A stretch of 39,586 nt of DNA from IMG/VR virus record IMGVR_UViG_3300048599_000719, positions 1 to 39,586 of that record, one strand, 5' to 3'. The DNA comes from a virus (taxonomy: Duplodnaviria; Caudoviricetes). Position numbers and translations under genes: made by a program. A model generated the notes under the pieces. It saw nothing but the letters and a program-made list of their open reading frames with translations, ran no database searches and was not told the origin of the DNA. Positions 36,462 to 39,586 of this stretch are shown piece by piece (the first letter of the stretch is position 1; each line of letters opens with the position of its first letter).

Positions 36462-37625
36462 ATGGATAACAAAATCGCTTTTGCTGTACTGAAAAAATAT
36501 GGAAAACTTAATGCTTTTGCTGCTTTATGTCAGTGTAATTGGGAGACAAGGTCAGGGGGCAAGCCCTGGGCATCGGAATTATTCCTCCAGGCTAACAATG
36601 CCGCTGGTATTAAGGCTGGTAACTCATGGGCAGGTGAAGTCTATGAAAAAGTGTCATGGGAACAGAAAGCAGACGGTACCAAATATGATAAAAAATCTGT
36701 TTTCCGTAAGTACCCAAGCTTTGAGGACTTTGCAAAGGATTATTCGGCAAAGATAGAGTCCTGTTATCCATCTTGCGCAAATGATAATTTCCTGGGGTAT
36801 TTTGCCGGGCTCTACAAAGGTAAGTTCGGCTCCTGGGCGACTGATCAATCATATTTCGAGCGTCTGTGCTGTGTTGCCATAGAACTGGCGCCTGAGATAT
36901 TCGGAAACAGTTTTTGGAGAAACAAGATCATTGATTCCTTTGAATACGCGCTTGATAAAAAATACCTCACAAAGGAACAGGGGGAATTAGTCTGTAATCT
37001 GCTCAGTGAAAAAATTGGCAAGGGTACAGTTGGGAAACCGGCGGAAACACCAAAAAAACAAGTGAGCGGCATTCAGGTATGTATTGATGCCGGACATGGC
37101 GGAAAGGACCCTGGCGCATGCGCGAACGGGCTTAAAGAGAAGGATTTAACGCTGCTGATGTGCCGAGCTCTTGGCAAGGAGCTTGTTAGACGCGGCTATG
37201 ATGTACATTACACACGTGCGGTGGATGAATATATTGGACTCACAGAACGGGCGCGCATAGCTAACCGCATTGGTGCAAAAATTCTTATCTCAATTCATTG
37301 TAATTCTGCTGCTGATGCTGCTGCCAGCGGGTTCGAAGTGTGGACGGCTAAGGGACATACCAGGGCGGATTTGCTGGCCACTGACATATTCAAGGCCTAT
37401 TCGTCACTTGTAGGCGGAAAGACTCGCCAGGATAACAGTGACGGAGATCCGGATAAAGAGAACAACTGGACTGTAATATCTGCATCGTCGATGCCGGCAG
37501 TGTTGATTGAGAGTCAATTTATTTCCAATGTTGAGGACGCCTCCAGGTTAGCGTCTGAAATATGGCGCGAAAAATTCGCCGGTGCTGTTGCAAACGGCGT
37601 AGATGCTTTTTTCGCCAGAGGATAG
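36462..37625 (+). CDS. Endolysin: GH73 glucosaminidase plus Amidase_3
   Basis: Q..WET, NNAAGIK, FRKYPS, WATD; IDAGHGGKDPGA, EKD, SIHCN, VLIE. Confidence 0.92.
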   Translation: MDNKIAFAVLKKYGKLNAFAALCQCNWETRSGGKPWASELFLQANNAAGIKAGNSWAGEVYEKVSWEQKADGTKYDKKSVFRKYPSFEDFAKDYSAKIESCYPSCANDNFLGYFAGLYKGKFGSWATDQSYFERLCCVAIELAPEIFGNSFWRNKIIDSFEYALDKKYLTKEQGELVCNLLSEKIGKGTVGKPAETPKKQVSGIQVCIDAGHGGKDPGACANGLKEKDLTLLMCRALGKELVRRGYDVHYTRAVDEYIGLTERARIANRIGAKILISIHCNSAADAAASGFEVWTAKGHTRADLLATDIFKAYSSLVGGKTRQDNSDGDPDKENNWTVISASSMPAVLIESQFISNVEDASRLASEIWREKFAGAVANGVDAFFARG

Positions 37626-37629
37626 CCTC

Positions 37630-37977
37630 ATGAGCCAGCAGGAATTGAATTCATTTCTGGAGTCATGCCGGGATTTTGTGCTGATGATTATTCCTTATCT
37701 GCTTACAACCCTGATAACCAGCATAGCAAAATATTTCAGCAAACATTACGGCAAAGAGCCGTTCAATGTTGCAATTTTCATTGCCAAGAACCTGAAGGCA
37801 ATGTTCATAGGCTGCCTTGTAGGGTGTGTATGCAAGGGATTCGGGATAAGCCCATATGTCGGTGTCGGTGTGGCTGCAACCATAATTTCACGCGGCATGG
37901 ACTGGTTCTATGAGATTGTAGACAACTTGATTTATTCAAAACTTGGTATTGAAAGGAAGAAAAACGATGGCAATTAA
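37630..37977 (+). CDS. Holin-like membrane protein
   Basis: 2-3 TM helices, basic C-terminus, next to the endolysin. Confidence 0.7.
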   Translation: MSQQELNSFLESCRDFVLMIIPYLLTTLITSIAKYFSKHYGKEPFNVAIFIAKNLKAMFIGCLVGCVCKGFGISPYVGVGVAATIISRGMDWFYEIVDNLIYSKLGIERKKNDGN

Positions 37978-38521
37978 TCTTCTGCAGGCTATCCCTGCGA
38001 TAGGGGATATTATCAATAAGATTATCCCGGATCCTAATAAGCAAAGTGAGCTTAAGCTTGAAATTGCCAAATTGGATGCTCAGGAAACCATTGCAAGGAT
38101 GGGTGTCCTTCAGGCAATGATGGGGAACAAGTCTCTGTTCGTTGCGGGGGGAATTCCGGCCTTAATATGGCTGGCTGTAATTTATCTTGCGGCCAACTAT
38201 ATTCTGTTCCCGCTGCTTGCCGGGTTTGGTATGCACATAGCGCCTATTGAGCTTCCTGGCGACTATTGGAGCCTTTTACAGGTAATAGTAGTTGGGCTTT
38301 TTGGTAAAAAGGTTATAGATGGGAATGAATGGCGCTGGGGTGATAAACTTATCAGCCCAGCCAAGAGTCAGGTTCAGGCTGCTGCAGCAATGGGGGATAC
38401 AAAACCGATTGGGGCGGCAAAAGAGCCGAATGTTGTTTCTCCATCTGTAAACTATGATGATCCTGATGCGGTTGACGCGAGGCTTAAACAAATAGCAAAA
38501 GAAAAAGGAATAATAAAGTAA
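37967..38521 (+). CDS. Second holin-like protein (3TM-holin type) with soluble C-terminal extension
   Basis: IGDIINKIIPDP, FVAG..P.L.W, TM segments. Confidence 0.7.
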   Translation: MAINLLQAIPAIGDIINKIIPDPNKQSELKLEIAKLDAQETIARMGVLQAMMGNKSLFVAGGIPALIWLAVIYLAANYILFPLLAGFGMHIAPIELPGDYWSLLQVIVVGLFGKKVIDGNEWRWGDKLISPAKSQVQAAAAMGDTKPIGAAKEPNVVSPSVNYDDPDAVDARLKQIAKEKGIIK

Positions 38522-38525
38522 TACT

Positions 38526-38561
38526 TGGGCTGACTCCAACATGGAAGTCAGCCCATTTTTT
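38526..38561 (+). terminator. End-of-late-operon terminator
   Basis: TGGGCTGACT-N10-AGTCAGCCCA-TTTTTT. Confidence 0.85.
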
Positions 38562-38633
38562 ATGCCATAAAATATCTTGGCGATATTCGGATTAGAATAT
38601 ATAATTACTATAGTAAGTGGATATGTTTAAATT

Positions 38634-38680
38634 AAATCTAGTAGGTTTACAACCGGATAGCTGACCGGATATCTAGATTT
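38634..38680. repeat. Candidate integrase arm-type sites
   Basis: ACCGGATA direct repeat at 38652 and 38664, flanked by the AAATCTAG/CTAGATTT inverted repeat, about 60-80 bp from the att core. Confidence 0.5.
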
Positions 38681-38729
38681 TAGGAGAATTAAATTATTTA
38701 GTGATAGCAATGTTTTGTAAGGTAATATT

Positions 38730-38750
38730 GATTCGCACACGCCTCCGCCA
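38730..38750 (+). other. attR: 3' fragment of tRNA-Sec
   Basis: GATT-CGCAC-ACGCCTCC-G-CCA parses as T-loop end, 5-nt T stem, 8-nt acceptor strand, G discriminator and CCA. Confidence 0.8.
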
Positions 38751-38824
38751 TTTTTATCAGGCGAACCATAATCGTCAAGATGAATGTTTACGCGGTGTAC
38801 GAAAATAATGTGTGCCTGTTTATT

Positions 38825-38864
38825 AAGGTCTTTCCTGCGATGGATTTGTCAGGGAAGGCCTTTT
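38825..38864 (+). terminator. Host terminator downstream of the tRNA site
   Basis: AAGGTCTTTCCTG...CAGGGAAGGCCTTTT. Confidence 0.65.
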
Positions 38865-38965
38865 ATCGGTTTTAGTGATGCGAAGATATGTTGTTTCTTA
38901 TTACCGGCATAAGCGCATGCAGATTTTTTTTGTGTTATGATAAATGCCTGTAAAGGCGGTGTGTT

Positions 38966-39586
38966 ATGTTTATTACCTTTGAAGGTATAGATGGCTCAGG
39001 CAAGTCTACTCAGGCGAAATTATTTGCCGAATGGCTGGAACATGAACGCGGACATGAGGTTCTGCTTACACGTGAGCCGGGCGGATGGGAAGGCGGCGCT
39101 GTGCTTCGAAGCATGGTGATAAGCGGGGAGCTTAAACATCCGTGGAGCGAGGCATATCTCTTCATGCTTGACCGCGCGGAGCATGTTGCTAATGTGATCC
39201 AGCCTGCACTTGACCGCAACGTTGATGTTGTCTGTGAACGGTATCATGATTCCACTCTGGCATACCAGGTATGGGGCAGAGGCCTGCCTCTCGATGTATT
39301 TGACAGGCTTGCCGAGCTTTCGGCTTTTCCTGTGCCCGACGTCACGCTGTTTTTTGATGTCCCTGTTGAAACAGCAATTGAAAGGGCAGCCAAACGCGGT
39401 TCATTGGATGCTTTTGAGAATGAAGGTCTTGAGTTCATGACCAGGATAAAGAACGGGTATTCAAATCTTGCAAAGCGTGATCCGGATCGCTGGATAGTGT
39501 TGGATTGCGCTTCGCTCAGCATAGAAGAAATTTTTAATAATATTTTAAAATCGTTAAAAGCAAGAGGTTTTTTCAATGCCGGATGA
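38966..39586 (+). CDS. tmk: Thymidylate kinase (host)
   Basis: FITFEGIDGSGKSTQ, TREPGG, DRAEHV, STLAYQ, PD.T.FFDV. Confidence 0.96.
   Translation: MFITFEGIDGSGKSTQAKLFAEWLEHERGHEVLLTREPGGWEGGAVLRSMVISGELKHPWSEAYLFMLDRAEHVANVIQPALDRNVDVVCERYHDSTLAYQVWGRGLPLDVFDRLAELSAFPVPDVTLFFDVPVETAIERAAKRGSLDAFENEGLEFMTRIKNGYSNLAKRDPDRWIVLDCASLSIEEIFNNILKSLKARGFFNAG

Larger units (their letters stand above)
573..38750. mobile_element. Temperate siphovirus prophage (attL and integrase 5' part lie left of the window)
   Basis: Complete canonical gene order from integrase to lysis, ending in a tRNA 3' fragment. Confidence 0.95.

Noticed and set aside
38730-38750. att site as tmRNA or a standard tRNA end
   Set aside because: It ends in GCCA, not the ACCA of tmRNA, and has an 8-nt rather than 7-nt acceptor strand.
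13088-39576. Numerous 60-220 aa antisense or nested ORFs in the ORF track (e.g. 20903..21463, 25848..26501, 28773..29339)
   Set aside because: They lie opposite or inside well-supported genes and show no recognisable motifs.

Overview
The window is almost entirely one ~38 kb temperate siphovirus prophage with an HK97-type head, a TP901-1-like non-contractile tail and probable cos packaging. It ends at an attR made of the 3' end of a tRNA-Sec (selC) gene at 38730-38750, followed by the host tmk gene. At the left edge an IS21-family element (istA on the minus strand, 23-bp terminal repeats) has inserted into the P4-family integrase, leaving only its C-terminal fragment here. Gene order: a low-GC leftward cargo (Dam-like methylase, ParB/HEPN-like protein, ABC-ATPase-TOPRIM, STAS/GHKL ATPase, membrane protein), then the cI/cro switch, early genes and AlpA, then replication/recombination (Sak4-like, DUF669, Cas4-like nuclease, RadD-like helicase, VRR-NUC, primase-helicase, iteron-rich ori), then the late regulator, HNH and terminase, an inverted hicAB, head, tail, an Ig-fold gene cluster and lysis. 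The two strongest novelty candidates are (1) an Ig-domain cluster whose N- and C-termini look built for donor-strand polymerisation into a pilus-like virion fibre, and (2) the ATPase-TOPRIM + ParB-HEPN + Dam-like candidate defence system. Also visible are a -1 frameshift adding an X2 (Ig-like) domain to the capsid protein and a hicA toxin that appears to start at ATA. All family calls come from recognising motifs by eye; no searches were run.
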